Counted from the stretch's first letter, positions 1 to 11,010 are shown. The stretch is DNA of 40,133 bases from Myxococcales bacterium (GCA_045863395.1 BTVJ01000066.1:1-40133), one strand, 5' to 3'. Notes: generated from the letters alone by a model not told the origin. Translations and numbers: made by a program.

Positions 1-1297
<1,297 letters not shown>

Positions 1298-1404
1298 GAC
1301 ACACCTCGCGTGGAGTGATGAACGCATCGTAGCACACGCCGCATGGGGCGTGCCCGTCCCCGGGCGAGCGATTCTGCGCGACGTCGTTACCCACGGAGCG
1401 ACGC

Positions 1405-2313
1405 TCAGCGGGTCGGTGCCTCCCCCCGCCGCTGCCTCAAGTAGGCCCGCAGCTCTTCGAGCGCCGCCTCCGCCTCGCGCCGCCTCCGCGCGTCCCCGCT
1501 GCGGGTGCTCGCACGCAGGCGAAGCAGCGCCTCCTCGGTGCGTCCCAGGTCGGCCAGGGTGCGGGCGATGAGGGACTGGAGCAGGAGGACGTCCGGGTAG
1601 GCGTCGGCGGCTCCCTCGAGCAGCGCCAGGGCCGCCCTCGGGTCGCCGGCATCGAGGAGGCGGGCCCCCTCGGCCAGGGTCGGGCGGATCATCTGCGCCT
1701 CGAAGTGGGCGCGGGGGAGGAAGGGAGACAGCGCGATGCCGAGGCCGTCCGTGATCACGCCGGGCTGCGGCGAGAACGGGATCAGGTTCAGGGCGGCTCC
1801 CGTGACTGCCGCGACGCAGAATGCCTGGACGCTGACCACCGCCAGGGAGTCCGACGGGGACAGGACCGTGTCCCAGCCAGCGACCGAGGCGACGAGCGCC
1901 GCCAGGAGCAGCTCAATCCCGGGTCCCGCCGCATAGATGGCAGCGTTCTTGGTGCGCGCCCACGCGACGCCGCCCGGAGTGACGCCGACCATGCCCACGA
2001 TGGGAAAGGCGCGCACCTCGATGGCGACGCCCCGCCACTCGAGCCTGCGCAGGAGGGGGCCGAAGCCCACGCGGAGCTGATCGACGCGCCAGCCGAGCGC
2101 GTGCGCCACCAGGGCGTGGCCCAGCTCGTGAATTGCCGTGAGCACACCCCAGGACAGGATGAAGACCGGGACTGCGAGCCGGGTAGGGGTCCAGTCGCCG
2201 ACGATCTCGGCGACCAGGAGGCCAAAGAAGACGACGAGGAATCCCCCGGCGATGAGGCGCTCGTTCGAGGTCCAGGGGCGATCCTCGCTGCCGCTCGTGT
2301 CTGGAGGCAGCAC
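1405..2313 (-). CDS. Site-2 protease (M50 family) membrane metalloprotease with C-terminal TPR-like helices
   Basis: HELGH motif after a TM helix, AAGP motif, NLIP...DG motif; C-terminal Ala/Leu-rich TPR-like segment; starts 3 bp downstream of the BI-1 gene stop. Confidence 0.8.
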   Translation of the reverse strand: MLPPDTSGSEDRPWTSNERLIAGGFLVVFFGLLVAEIVGDWTPTRLAVPVFILSWGVLTAIHELGHALVAHALGWRVDQLRVGFGPLLRRLEWRGVAIEVRAFPIVGMVGVTPGGVAWARTKNAAIYAAGPGIELLLAALVASVAGWDTVLSPSDSLAVVSVQAFCVAAVTGAALNLIPFSPQPGVITDGLGIALSPFLPRAHFEAQMIRPTLAEGARLLDAGDPRAALALLEGAADAYPDVLLLQSLIARTLADLGRTEEALLRLRASTRSGDARRRREAEAALEELRAYLRQRRGEAPTR

Positions 2314-2316
2314 GTC

Positions 2317-3021
2317 CTAGCGGCGCATGCGGAGGAGCAGCATCAGGATGTAGTAGAACATCATGGCGATGGCGGCAAAGAGCGCCAGGGAAGCCGCCAC
2401 GTGGGCGCCGATGGGGTAACGGTGCATCACGTTGCTGGTCTGGTAGAGCACCGCCGCGCCGGCGAGGACCACCATGGCCAGGGCGAAGAAGCTGCCAAGG
2501 GTGAACCCGAAGAAGATGGCCACAAGGATCGTGCCCATGGCGGCCAGGGAGGCGAGCTGGATCACGCGGCCGAGGAACGAGAAGTCCTTCTTGGTGAAGA
2601 AGTTGATGGCAGTCAGGCCGCCGAACACCACGCCGGTCAGCATGCCCGCGGTGGGGAGGACGTTTCCGTCGGTGAAGAAGGCTGCGATGTAGAGGATGGG
2701 CACGAAGATGATGGCCTCGGCGACCACGTACAGGGCGAGGCCCGCGTACTGCATCCCCGGGGAGGTGGCAGTGGCCGCCCACTTGTTGGCGATCCACCCC
2801 GCGCCGGTGAAGGCCGCCAGGATCAGCAGCCAGTTGAACTGGCCCGTGCCGAGCCAGCTCAGCATGGCGGGGGCGAAGGGGGAGTTCACCAGCAGGGTGG
2901 CGATGCCGGCGAAGGCGAGGATCGCCCCGCCCAGGTGGATGTAGGTCAGGCGGATGAACTCGGCGCGGTCGGCGGCGGCCGCGTCCGCTGCTGCGCGACC
3001 ATGGAAGGTGGCCAACGACAT
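2317..3021 (-). CDS. Bax inhibitor-1/YccA family membrane protein
   Basis: About seven hydrophobic segments, FIRLTY and KDFSFL motifs, LYQTS near the C-terminus; ATG at 3021 with AAGGAG upstream. Confidence 0.88.
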   Translation of the reverse strand: MSLATFHGRAAADAAAADRAEFIRLTYIHLGGAILAFAGIATLLVNSPFAPAMLSWLGTGQFNWLLILAAFTGAGWIANKWAATATSPGMQYAGLALYVVAEAIIFVPILYIAAFFTDGNVLPTAGMLTGVVFGGLTAINFFTKKDFSFLGRVIQLASLAAMGTILVAIFFGFTLGSFFALAMVVLAGAAVLYQTSNVMHRYPIGAHVAASLALFAAIAMMFYYILMLLLRMRR

Positions 3022-3297
3022 GGGCGGTGTCTCCTTTGCGGGGCGGGCCCCGATCTCGGTGCGTGGCGGTGGTCCCCTGCCGGGGAGCGTCGAGCCCGGG
3101 GCCCGGCGTGCCCACCATGGTAGCCTGCTTTGGTGGATGGGCAAGCCTGCCTGGGCAAATGAGGCGAGATCGTTGGCGCCGCGGACGCAGCCGAGTGCGC
3201 CTCGCGCCCGCTGTGGGTGTCGACGTTCCACGAGGCACTTCGGGCGCAACGGTGACACCGCTCTCGCGCACCCACGAGTCTCCCTGCATGGCGCGGG

Positions 3298-3326
3298 TTG
3301 ACGCCCTGGCTGGCGAGGCCCAGAAT
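3298..3326 (+). promoter_or_regulatory. sigma70-like promoter candidate for the GMC pair
   Basis: TTGACG-17 nt-CAGAAT upstream of GGAGG and the GTG at 3350. Confidence 0.5.
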
Positions 3327-3349
3327 CGGCCACCGTTCCAGGAGGGCGC

Positions 3350-3808
3350 GTGGACGAGAAGCAGACAGCCGTGGCGCCCCCGACCTGGGTGGATCACACC
3401 GCCTCCGACGACCGGCGGGTCATGGACACCCGCTGGCTCCGGGCCCTCTACGCGGTGGCGGAGGTCATGTTCGCGGGGGACCGCGGGCTCCCACCACCGG
3501 CGCGCCTTCGGTGGCTGTGCCACGACACCCAGGACTTCCTGCGCCAGATCCGAGGCCGCGGCGCCCTGGTGTTCCGCCTCGCGCTGCTGCTCGTCTCCAT
3601 CGTGGCGCCGCTGTTCGTCCTCCGCCCACTGCCCCTCCGCGCGCTGTCCTACGAGCGCCGCTGCGTGGCCCTCGCCCGCTACGAGCGCAGCCCGCTCGGC
3701 CTGTCTCTCTTCGTGCTCAAGGCCATCCTGTGCATCGTGTGGTTCGAGCACCCCGACTCCGCCCGGGAGGTGGGCTTCGACGGGTCGAGCCTCCGGCGGG
3801 CACCATGA
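3350..3808 (+). CDS. Hypothetical protein, probable accessory subunit of the GMC oxidoreductase
   Basis: GGAGG RBS; ATGA overlap with the GMC gene; size and position resemble small partners that precede GMC flavoproteins. Confidence 0.6.
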   Translation: MDEKQTAVAPPTWVDHTASDDRRVMDTRWLRALYAVAEVMFAGDRGLPPPARLRWLCHDTQDFLRQIRGRGALVFRLALLLVSIVAPLFVLRPLPLRALSYERRCVALARYERSPLGLSLFVLKAILCIVWFEHPDSAREVGFDGSSLRRAP

Positions 3809-5319
3809 GCGGCGCCATCACCCTCGGGCGCGACGTGGCCGCCGACCTGCGTCTCGACACCGACGTCGTCGTCGTGGGCTCCGGCGCCAGCGGCGCGGTG
3901 GTCGCTGCGGAGCTCGCCTCGGCGGGGCGGCGCGTCCTGGTCCTCGAGGAGGGGCCCCATGTTCCTCCTGCGCTCACCGAGACCCTGCGGCCCAGCCAGT
4001 CCCTGCGCACCGTGTGGCGCGACGGCGGCATGACGGCTGCCCTGGGGCTCGGCGACACGCCCGTCATCAACGTGACCATGGGGCGCTGCGTGGGCGGCTC
4101 GTCGGTGCTGACCGGCGGGGTCTGCTTTCGCACGCCGGGCTCCGTCCTGCACACCTGGGTTCGTGAGCGCGGCCTGACCGAGCTGACCGAGCCCGCCCTG
4201 GCGCCATACTTCGACGAGGTGGAGCGCGCCATCCACGTGGAGACCGTTCCCGTCGCGATGCGTTCGAAGAGCACCGCGCTGTGGGCCGCCGGTGCCGAGC
4301 AGATCGGCGCGACAATCCACCCCACGCGGCGCAACACCCACGACTGTCTGGGCGCGGGACGGTGCAACTTCGGGTGCCCGACGGGCGCGCGATTGGGCGT
4401 CGACCGCACCTTCCTTCCGCGGGCCCTCGCGGCGGGGGCCGACGTCCTCTCCGACTGCCTCGTGGAGCGCCTCGTCCTTGATCGGGATCGCGCAGCCGGT
4501 GTTCGAGGGCGCCTCTCCAATGGACGCAGGGTCACCGTCCAGGCGCGCCACGTGGTGCTGGCCGCCGGGGCTGCCCACACGCCCATGCTGCTCCAGCGCG
4601 CCGGGGTCGGGCGCGCGTCGCGCCAAGTGGGGCGCAACCTGACGCTGCACCCCGCCTTTCGCATGATCGCCCGCTTCGACGAGCGCATCGACGGGTGGAA
4701 GGGCGCCCTCCAGAGCGCCTGGAGTGACACCTGGGAGCACGAGCGCATCACCATGATGAGCGTTTTCGTGCCGCCGGCCGTGGTCGTCGCCGCCATCCCC
4801 GGGTTCGGTCCCGACTTCATGCGGGCCGCCGAAGAGTTCCCCCACCTGGGCATGTTCGGGGCGCTGATCCACGACGAGGGGGGCGGGCGGGTCCTGCGGG
4901 TGCCTGGCCGTGAGCCCCTGATGGTCTACCGCATGGACCCCCGCGACCGCGCGGCCATCCCGCTCCTCGTGCGTCACCTGGGCGAGGCGTGGCTGGCGGC
5001 GGGCGCCAAGGAGCTCGTCCTGCCGATCCTCGGGCACCCCCCGGTGGACGCCGACACCTTCCGCCGCCTGGACCTGGAGCGTGTCCCCGCGCGCCGCTAC
5101 GAGTGCAGCTCACAGCACCCGCTGGGCACCTGCCGCATGGGCACCGAGCCGCGCAGCTCCGTCGTCGACCAGCGGGGCCGCGCCTGGGACGTGCGGGGCT
5201 TGACCATCGTGGACGGCAGCGTCGTTCCTACGAGCCTCGGGGTGAACCCACAGCTCACCATCATGGCCATGGCGCTGCGCCTCGGGCGCCTGCTCGGCGA
5301 GGAGCTGGCCCGCGCGTGA
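3805..5319 (+). CDS. GMC family FAD-dependent oxidoreductase
   Basis: Rossmann motif VVVGSGASG, GRCVGGSS, CLGAGRCNFGC cysteine motif, C-terminal HPLGTCRMG and GVNPQLT; ATG at 3805. Confidence 0.92.
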   Translation: MSGAITLGRDVAADLRLDTDVVVVGSGASGAVVAAELASAGRRVLVLEEGPHVPPALTETLRPSQSLRTVWRDGGMTAALGLGDTPVINVTMGRCVGGSSVLTGGVCFRTPGSVLHTWVRERGLTELTEPALAPYFDEVERAIHVETVPVAMRSKSTALWAAGAEQIGATIHPTRRNTHDCLGAGRCNFGCPTGARLGVDRTFLPRALAAGADVLSDCLVERLVLDRDRAAGVRGRLSNGRRVTVQARHVVLAAGAAHTPMLLQRAGVGRASRQVGRNLTLHPAFRMIARFDERIDGWKGALQSAWSDTWEHERITMMSVFVPPAVVVAAIPGFGPDFMRAAEEFPHLGMFGALIHDEGGGRVLRVPGREPLMVYRMDPRDRAAIPLLVRHLGEAWLAAGAKELVLPILGHPPVDADTFRRLDLERVPARRYECSSQHPLGTCRMGTEPRSSVVDQRGRAWDVRGLTIVDGSVVPTSLGVNPQLTIMAMALRLGRLLGEELARA

Positions 5320-5325
5320 CGCGGG

Positions 5326-6561
5326 TCACCCGAGGCGCTCCCTCACCACCTCCCCGACGAGCGCCTCGGCGAAGTCCACGGCGCGCGTGATGTCAGCGGG
5401 GTCCACGTTCTGCGGGGTGTCCGTTGGCACGTGGTAGTGGCGGGGCGCCCCGAGGGAGCGGTCCACGCAGCCGATGCACACGCCGTCGTAGCCCTGGCGG
5501 CGGAACGGGTAGACGTCCGTGGCGCCAACCACCACGTCGAAGGGGGCGACCCCGGCGAAGGGGCCAGTCGCCACGCGGCGCAGGGCGCCGTCCAGCCACG
5601 CGGGCAGCGGGGCTCGCACGATCTCGCCCTCGTCGAGCCAGCACAGCTCCCCGTTGGAGAGGCCGTCGAGGCCGATGATCAGCGTGTTGGCCGGGTCCCA
5701 GGCCTGCCGACGGTCCCGCGCGAGGCTGTAGGCCCCGCCGGTGCCCGCCTCCTCGGCACCCGTGAACACGAAGACCAGCTCCACATCGGGGCGCTTGGTC
5801 GCCGCCAGGCGCCGCGCGAGCAGGCTGACTCCCGCGACGCCGGAGAGGTCGTCCGTGGCGCCGGGCACGACCTCGTTGCGCAACACCACCTGGAGGTTGA
5901 GCAGGAACGCGATCAGGCCCGGGATGGCAAGCAGCAGCTCCGCCGGGCGCAAGAACCCCCCGACAGGCCCGAAGGCTGCGCGAACGAGCGCCAAGGTGGC
6001 TCCAATCGCCTCGGCGACGGTGGCGACGGCCAGGGAGCGGCCCATGAAGCGCAGGGAGGGAGGCAGGGCCGCGGGCCCGAGCCGCTCGATGACGCGCGGG
6101 TCGAACACCCAGCCGGTGAAGGCGGCGTCCGCGTGGGCGAGGAACACGATGCGCAGGCGGGGCTCCCCCGTCGTGGCGGGCAGCGTGGCGACCAGGTTCT
6201 GCGAGTCCACCTGCTTCAAGAGCCGCCGAAGCAGGTAGCCGGCGCGCGCCGAGTCCGCCAGGTACGAGCCCGCGGCCACCCCCCGCAGCGCGGCCCCCGC
6301 GAGGGGCGCGACGCCCCCCACCAGGGTCCCGAGGACGCCCATACCGAAGTGGAGCGCCATGACGGCGTAGAGGTTGTCGCTGAAGCGGAACGGGTGCTCC
6401 TCGATGGTCACGCCCAGCTCCCGCAGCGTGTCGACGGCGATGCGCTGGGCCCGGCGCTCCGACGGGCTGCCGGCCTGCCGCCGCGGGCACTCGCGGACGA
6501 TGCGCTCGATGAGGGCGGTCGCAAAGCTCGGCTCGTCGAGGGGCTCGTGGGGTCCGGTCAT
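5326..6561 (-). CDS. M28 family metallopeptidase with internal membrane segments
   Basis: AHADA, GATDDLSGV, AEEAG and terminal YH..TDT motifs; hydrophobic insertions; ATG at 6561 with GGAGG. Confidence 0.85.
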   Translation of the reverse strand: MTGPHEPLDEPSFATALIERIVRECPRRQAGSPSERRAQRIAVDTLRELGVTIEEHPFRFSDNLYAVMALHFGMGVLGTLVGGVAPLAGAALRGVAAGSYLADSARAGYLLRRLLKQVDSQNLVATLPATTGEPRLRIVFLAHADAAFTGWVFDPRVIERLGPAALPPSLRFMGRSLAVATVAEAIGATLALVRAAFGPVGGFLRPAELLLAIPGLIAFLLNLQVVLRNEVVPGATDDLSGVAGVSLLARRLAATKRPDVELVFVFTGAEEAGTGGAYSLARDRRQAWDPANTLIIGLDGLSNGELCWLDEGEIVRAPLPAWLDGALRRVATGPFAGVAPFDVVVGATDVYPFRRQGYDGVCIGCVDRSLGAPRHYHVPTDTPQNVDPADITRAVDFAEALVGEVVRERLG

Positions 6562-6625
6562 GTCGTGGCCTCCTGCGGTTGGCGCGACCATACCACAGCC
6601 AACGTCGATTTCGTGTCGAGGCGAG

Positions 6626-6654
6626 TTGCCTGCGCCTCGCGCTTGGAACACAAT
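6626..6654 (+). promoter_or_regulatory. sigma70-like promoter candidate for the AIM24 operon
   Basis: TTGCCT-17 nt-CACAAT upstream of AGGAG and the ATG at 6686. Confidence 0.4.
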
Positions 6655-6685
6655 GCGCCCGCTCACCCGAACGCAGGAGCGCTCC

Positions 6686-7378
6686 ATGAAGCACGAAGTA
6701 GTCCACGGGCCGTCTTTTGCGCTGCTGAAGGTGCGCCTCGAGGCCGGCGAGTCCATCACGGCGGAGGCTGGCGCCATGGTCACGCGCCAGGGCCGCGTCG
6801 CCATGAAGACGCGCCTCAACGCGGGCACCAGGGCTGGCATCTTCGGCCGCCTCATCGCCTTCTTCATCGCGCTCTTCCGCAAGGTGATCGGCGGCGAGAC
6901 CATGTTCATCAACGAGTTCACGGCGGAGGCGCAGGGCGAGGTATCGTTCGCGCCGCCGCTCGCGGGGCAGATCGCCCACCGGCGCCTGGACAACGAGCGC
7001 ATCATGCTGACCACGGGCTCCTTCCTGGCGTGCGGGCCGGGCATCGACATGCGCATGCGGTGGGGCGGGCTGCGGGGCATCCTCTCGAAGGAGGGGCTCG
7101 TGTTCCTGGAGCTCAGCGGGACGGGCGACCTGTTCATGACCGCCTACGGAGGCATCCAGGCCGTGCCCGTCGACGGCCGCTTCGTGGTCGACAACGGCCA
7201 CATGGTCGCCTTCGACGCGGGCCTCGACTTCCGCATCACCAGCGCCGGCGGGGGCGTCATGGGCCTTGTGGCCTCTGGCGAGGGGCTGGTCTGCGAGCTC
7301 ACCGGGCGGGGCACCGTCTACATCCAGTCACGCAACGTGGGCGCCCTCGTGGGCTGGCTCGCGCGGCTCCTCCCCTAG
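6686..7378 (+). CDS. TIGR00266/AIM24 family protein (paralog 1)
   Basis: AEAGAMV, GGETMF, VVDNGHMVAF, SGEGLVC..GRGTVYIQSRN motifs. Confidence 0.9.
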   Translation: MKHEVVHGPSFALLKVRLEAGESITAEAGAMVTRQGRVAMKTRLNAGTRAGIFGRLIAFFIALFRKVIGGETMFINEFTAEAQGEVSFAPPLAGQIAHRRLDNERIMLTTGSFLACGPGIDMRMRWGGLRGILSKEGLVFLELSGTGDLFMTAYGGIQAVPVDGRFVVDNGHMVAFDAGLDFRITSAGGGVMGLVASGEGLVCELTGRGTVYIQSRNVGALVGWLARLLP

Positions 7379-7396
7379 CGACACTTGGGTGAACCC

Positions 7397-8071
7397 ATGG
7401 ACATCGAGATCCTCTACAGGCCGGCGCACACCATGGCGCGGGTCACCCTGGCCGCCGGGGAGCAGATCGAGGCGGAGGCCGGGGCCATGGTGGCCACCGA
7501 CGCCAACGTGCAGATGACCACGTCGGCGGGCGGCTTCAAGAAGGGGCTCAAGCGCCTGTTCGGCGGCGAGAGCTTCTTCCGCAACACGTTCAGCCCGTCC
7601 GGGGGGAGCGGCCAGGTGATGCTGGCGCCGGCGCTCTGCGGAGAGATGACGGTGCTCGACTGCGGCAACGCGAGCTGGTTCCTCCAGTCGCGCGCCTACG
7701 TGGCCGGCCACAAGACCGTGAACCTCGACACGAAGCTCGGCGGCTTCAAGGGCTTCTTCGGCGGGCCAGGGCTCTTCGTGCTGCGCGCGAGCGGGCAGGG
7801 GCAGGTCATCGCCAGCGCCTTCGGCGCCCTGGAGCGCATCGACGTGAACGGCGACCTGACGGTGGACACCGGGCACCTGGTCGCCTGGGAGGATCGCCCC
7901 GATCTGACCTACAAGGTCACCAAGGCGGGCGCCGGGTGGATCGGGTCGTTCCTGTCGGGCGAGGGGCTGGTCTGCAACTTCTCGGGCCGTGGCGTCGTGT
8001 GGATTCAGACCCGGAACCCCATGGCCTACGGGACTCTCATCGGGCGGCTCCTGCCCCCCAAGAAGCAGTGA
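7397..8071 (+). CDS. TIGR00266/AIM24 family protein (paralog 2)
   Basis: AEAGAMV, GGESFFRN, VDTGHLVAW, SGEGLVC..GRGVVWIQTRN motifs. Confidence 0.9.
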   Translation: MDIEILYRPAHTMARVTLAAGEQIEAEAGAMVATDANVQMTTSAGGFKKGLKRLFGGESFFRNTFSPSGGSGQVMLAPALCGEMTVLDCGNASWFLQSRAYVAGHKTVNLDTKLGGFKGFFGGPGLFVLRASGQGQVIASAFGALERIDVNGDLTVDTGHLVAWEDRPDLTYKVTKAGAGWIGSFLSGEGLVCNFSGRGVVWIQTRNPMAYGTLIGRLLPPKKQ

Positions 8072-8078
8072 GGGCGCG

Positions 8079-8774
8079 ATGAAGCACGAGATCCTGGATC
8101 GGCCGGACTACGGGATGGCGCGCATCACCTTCGAGGCGCCAGGTGAGTCACTCGTCGTCGAGTCGGGGGCGATGGTGGCGCGGGACGCCGGGGTCTCCAT
8201 GAAGACCCAGATGTCCGGCGGCCTCCTGAGCGCCGCCAAGCGCAAGCTCCTCGGGGGCGAGAGCCTGTTCCTCAACACCTTCACGGCGGGCGCCGCCGGA
8301 GACCGGCTCTACCTGGCCCCCGCTCCGGAGGGCGACATGGCCGTCATGGACGTGCGCCCGGGCGAGGACCTGATCCTCCAGTCCGGGGCGTTCATGGCCG
8401 CCGCCCCCACAGTGACCCTGGACACCAAGTGGGCGGGGTTTCGCGGGTTCCTGGCCGGCGAAGGGCTGTTCTTCCTCAAAGCGGGAGGGCAGGGCGAGCT
8501 GTTCGTCAACACCTACGGCGGCCTGCACACCATCGAGATGGACGGGCAGGCGCCCATGATCGTGGACACCTCGCACATCGTGGGCTTCACGGGCGGGCTC
8601 ACCTTCACGATCCGGAAGATCGGCGGCATGAAGAGCCTGTTCCTGTCGGGTGAGGGGCTCGTCTGCGAGTTCACGGGGCGCGGCACACTGTGGATTCAGA
8701 CCCGCAACGCGGGCTCCCTGGCATCATTCCTGGACCCGTTTCGCATCGTGCGCAGCAGCGGAGGGGGAGATTGA
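8079..8774 (+). CDS. TIGR00266/AIM24 family protein (paralog 3)
   Basis: VESGAMV, GGESLFLN, IVDTSHIVGF, SGEGLVC..GRGTLWIQTRN motifs. Confidence 0.9.
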   Translation: MKHEILDRPDYGMARITFEAPGESLVVESGAMVARDAGVSMKTQMSGGLLSAAKRKLLGGESLFLNTFTAGAAGDRLYLAPAPEGDMAVMDVRPGEDLILQSGAFMAAAPTVTLDTKWAGFRGFLAGEGLFFLKAGGQGELFVNTYGGLHTIEMDGQAPMIVDTSHIVGFTGGLTFTIRKIGGMKSLFLSGEGLVCEFTGRGTLWIQTRNAGSLASFLDPFRIVRSSGGGD

Positions 8775-9649
8775 CCGGGCCGAGCCAGTCTCATGACGAT
8801 GGCCGCCCCGGGACCACGGGCGCCCCCCTCGCGGAGCCTCCGCCCACGGCCTTCGGTCACAGCGGTCGCCGTCTCTGGCTGGAGGTCGCCATCGCCATCG
8901 GGGCCGTCATCATTGGAGGCTGGGCCATCATCCAGGGAGGGCGGTCGCTGGCCGGCGCCCTCGCGGCCAAGCTCCCCTATGACGTCGACCGCGCGCTGGG
9001 CGCGCTTGCGTCGGACTCCGTGCTGGGCGGGGCCCGCGTCTGCACGAACCCGCGCCTCGTCGGCGCCGTCACTGCCGTCGTCAGCCACCTGGAGGTGCGC
9101 CTGGACCCGGTCTACCACCCGCTGACCGTTCGTGTCGTCGAGGACGAGACCGTCAACGCCTTTGCGCTTCCTGGGGGGCACGTCTTCGTGATGACGGGGC
9201 TCTTGCGAGCGGTGGAGTCTCCCGACGAGCTCGCCGGCGTGCTGGGCCACGAGATCGCCCACGTGGTGCAGCGCCACGGAATCCAGCGCATCGCCCAGTC
9301 CATGTGGGTCGGCTTCCTGCTGTCGTGGGTGACCGGTGGAGGACTGGCGGAAGACCTGACATCGCAAGGGGCGGCGCTGCTCACGCTGAAGTTCGGCCGG
9401 GATCAGGAGCTGGAGTCGGACTCCATCGGCCTCGATCTCATGGCCCGCGCCGGCTACGACCCGACCCGGTTCCCCGACTTCTTCGCGCGCCTGGGTGACG
9501 CGGGCCTTCCGGCCTTCCTCTCCACCCACCCGGACCCGGGGGACCGGGTCGCAGAGCTGCGGAAGGTGGCCGGCGGCATGCGCCCCGAGCGCCCGCAGGT
9601 GGGGGTGCCTTCGTTGGAGGATCTGCGCGCGCCGTGTGAGGGGCCGTAA
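8771..9649 (+). CDS. M48 family metallopeptidase with N-terminal membrane anchor
   Basis: VNAFALPGG, ELAGVLGHEIAH, QELESD, FLSTHP motifs. Probable TTG start overlapping the upstream stop (TTGA); start uncertain. Confidence 0.9.
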   Translation: MTGPSQSHDDGRPGTTGAPLAEPPPTAFGHSGRRLWLEVAIAIGAVIIGGWAIIQGGRSLAGALAAKLPYDVDRALGALASDSVLGGARVCTNPRLVGAVTAVVSHLEVRLDPVYHPLTVRVVEDETVNAFALPGGHVFVMTGLLRAVESPDELAGVLGHEIAHVVQRHGIQRIAQSMWVGFLLSWVTGGGLAEDLTSQGAALLTLKFGRDQELESDSIGLDLMARAGYDPTRFPDFFARLGDAGLPAFLSTHPDPGDRVAELRKVAGGMRPERPQVGVPSLEDLRAPCEGP

Positions 9650-9653
9650 CGCG

Positions 9654-11003
9654 CTACGGCAACGCCGCCAGCAGCGCCTCCACATCGGCCTCGGAGTGGA
9701 CCTCGGTGAAGTTGACGAGGAGGGCGTGCTCCATGCCCGGGTAGAACTGCCCCAGCGGGACACCCGCGGCGATGTCCTTCGTCATGAGGCGCTCGACGAG
9801 GTCCACTGCCGGAATGGGCGTGCGCACCGCCACCTCGTGGTAGATGGCTGCGTCGGGGAACAGCAGCCCGTAGCCGGGCATTTTCGCGACCGCGGCTCGG
9901 AAGCGGTGGGCGTGGGCGAGAGACGTGCGCGCCACCCGCTCCAGGCCCCGAGGCCCCATGAGCGACAAATAGATACACACCTGGAGCGCGACGAGGCCCT
10001 GGTTGGTGCAGATGTTCGACGTGGCCTTCTCGCGTCGGATGTGCTGCTCCCGGGTCGTCAGCGTCAGCACGTAGCCTCGCTTTCCATCGACGTCCACCGT
10101 CTGCCCGCACAGGCGGCCGGGAACCTGGCGGACGAACTTCGTCCGGGTTCCGAAGAGCCCGACATGAGGTCCGCCGAAGCTCAGCGGCACTCCGAGCGCC
10201 TGCCCCTCCGCCACCACGATGTCTGCGTCGTAGGCGCCGGGCGCCTCCAGCAGCCCGAAGGCCGTGGGGTCCGTGTTGACGACCACCAGGAGCGCGCCCT
10301 TGTCGTGGGCCAGCTTCGCGATGGCGTCCAGGTCTTCCAGGCACCCGAAGAAGTTGGGGTGCTGCACCACCACCGCCGCCGTGCGCCCGTCGATGGCCTC
10401 GGCAAGCGCCGCGAGGTCCGTGGTCCCCCCTGCAAACCCCACCTCCACCAGGTCCCCCGTCCCGGCCTCGCCGATGCCCTCCAGGTAGGTGTGGGCGACC
10501 TGGCGATACTCCGGGTGGACCGTCTGCGCGACGACCGTCACGTCGCGGCGGGTCACCCGTCGGGCCATGAGGATGGCCTCCGCCGTAGCGGTGGACCCAT
10601 CGTAGAGGGAGGCGTTGGCGACCTCGGTGCCCAACAGCTCCGCCACCATGGTCTGGAACTCGAAGATCGCCTGGAGCGTGCCCTGGGCCAGCTCGGGCTG
10701 ATAGGGCGTGTACGCGGTGAAGAACTCGCCGCGTCGCACCAGGGCGTCGACGGCCGTGGGCGCCACGTGGCGATACACCCCGGCACCCAGGAACGACCGC
10801 ACCCGGGTGGCGTCCCGGTTCCTGCTCGCCAGCTCGCCGAGATGAGCCATGAGCTGGGGCTCGGCCAGGGGAGGCGGCAGGTCCAGGTCACGCCCCAGGC
10901 GCAGCTCTTCGGGAATCTGTGCAAACAGGTCGTCGATGCTGGCGACGCCGATGACCTGGAGCATGCGCCCCAGATCCTCTTCCGTGTTCGGGATGTAGCG
11001 CAT
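9654..11003 (-). CDS. gcvPA: Glycine dehydrogenase (decarboxylating) subunit 1
   Basis: MRYIPNT start, YTPYQPE, ANASLYDG, SFGGPH, REQHIRREKATSNICTNQ; ~449 aa matches the split P-protein alpha subunit. Confidence 0.96.
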   Translation of the reverse strand: MRYIPNTEEDLGRMLQVIGVASIDDLFAQIPEELRLGRDLDLPPPLAEPQLMAHLGELASRNRDATRVRSFLGAGVYRHVAPTAVDALVRRGEFFTAYTPYQPELAQGTLQAIFEFQTMVAELLGTEVANASLYDGSTATAEAILMARRVTRRDVTVVAQTVHPEYRQVAHTYLEGIGEAGTGDLVEVGFAGGTTDLAALAEAIDGRTAAVVVQHPNFFGCLEDLDAIAKLAHDKGALLVVVNTDPTAFGLLEAPGAYDADIVVAEGQALGVPLSFGGPHVGLFGTRTKFVRQVPGRLCGQTVDVDGKRGYVLTLTTREQHIRREKATSNICTNQGLVALQVCIYLSLMGPRGLERVARTSLAHAHRFRAAVAKMPGYGLLFPDAAIYHEVAVRTPIPAVDLVERLMTKDIAAGVPLGQFYPGMEHALLVNFTEVHSEADVEALLAALP

Positions 11004-11010
11004 GGGTGCC

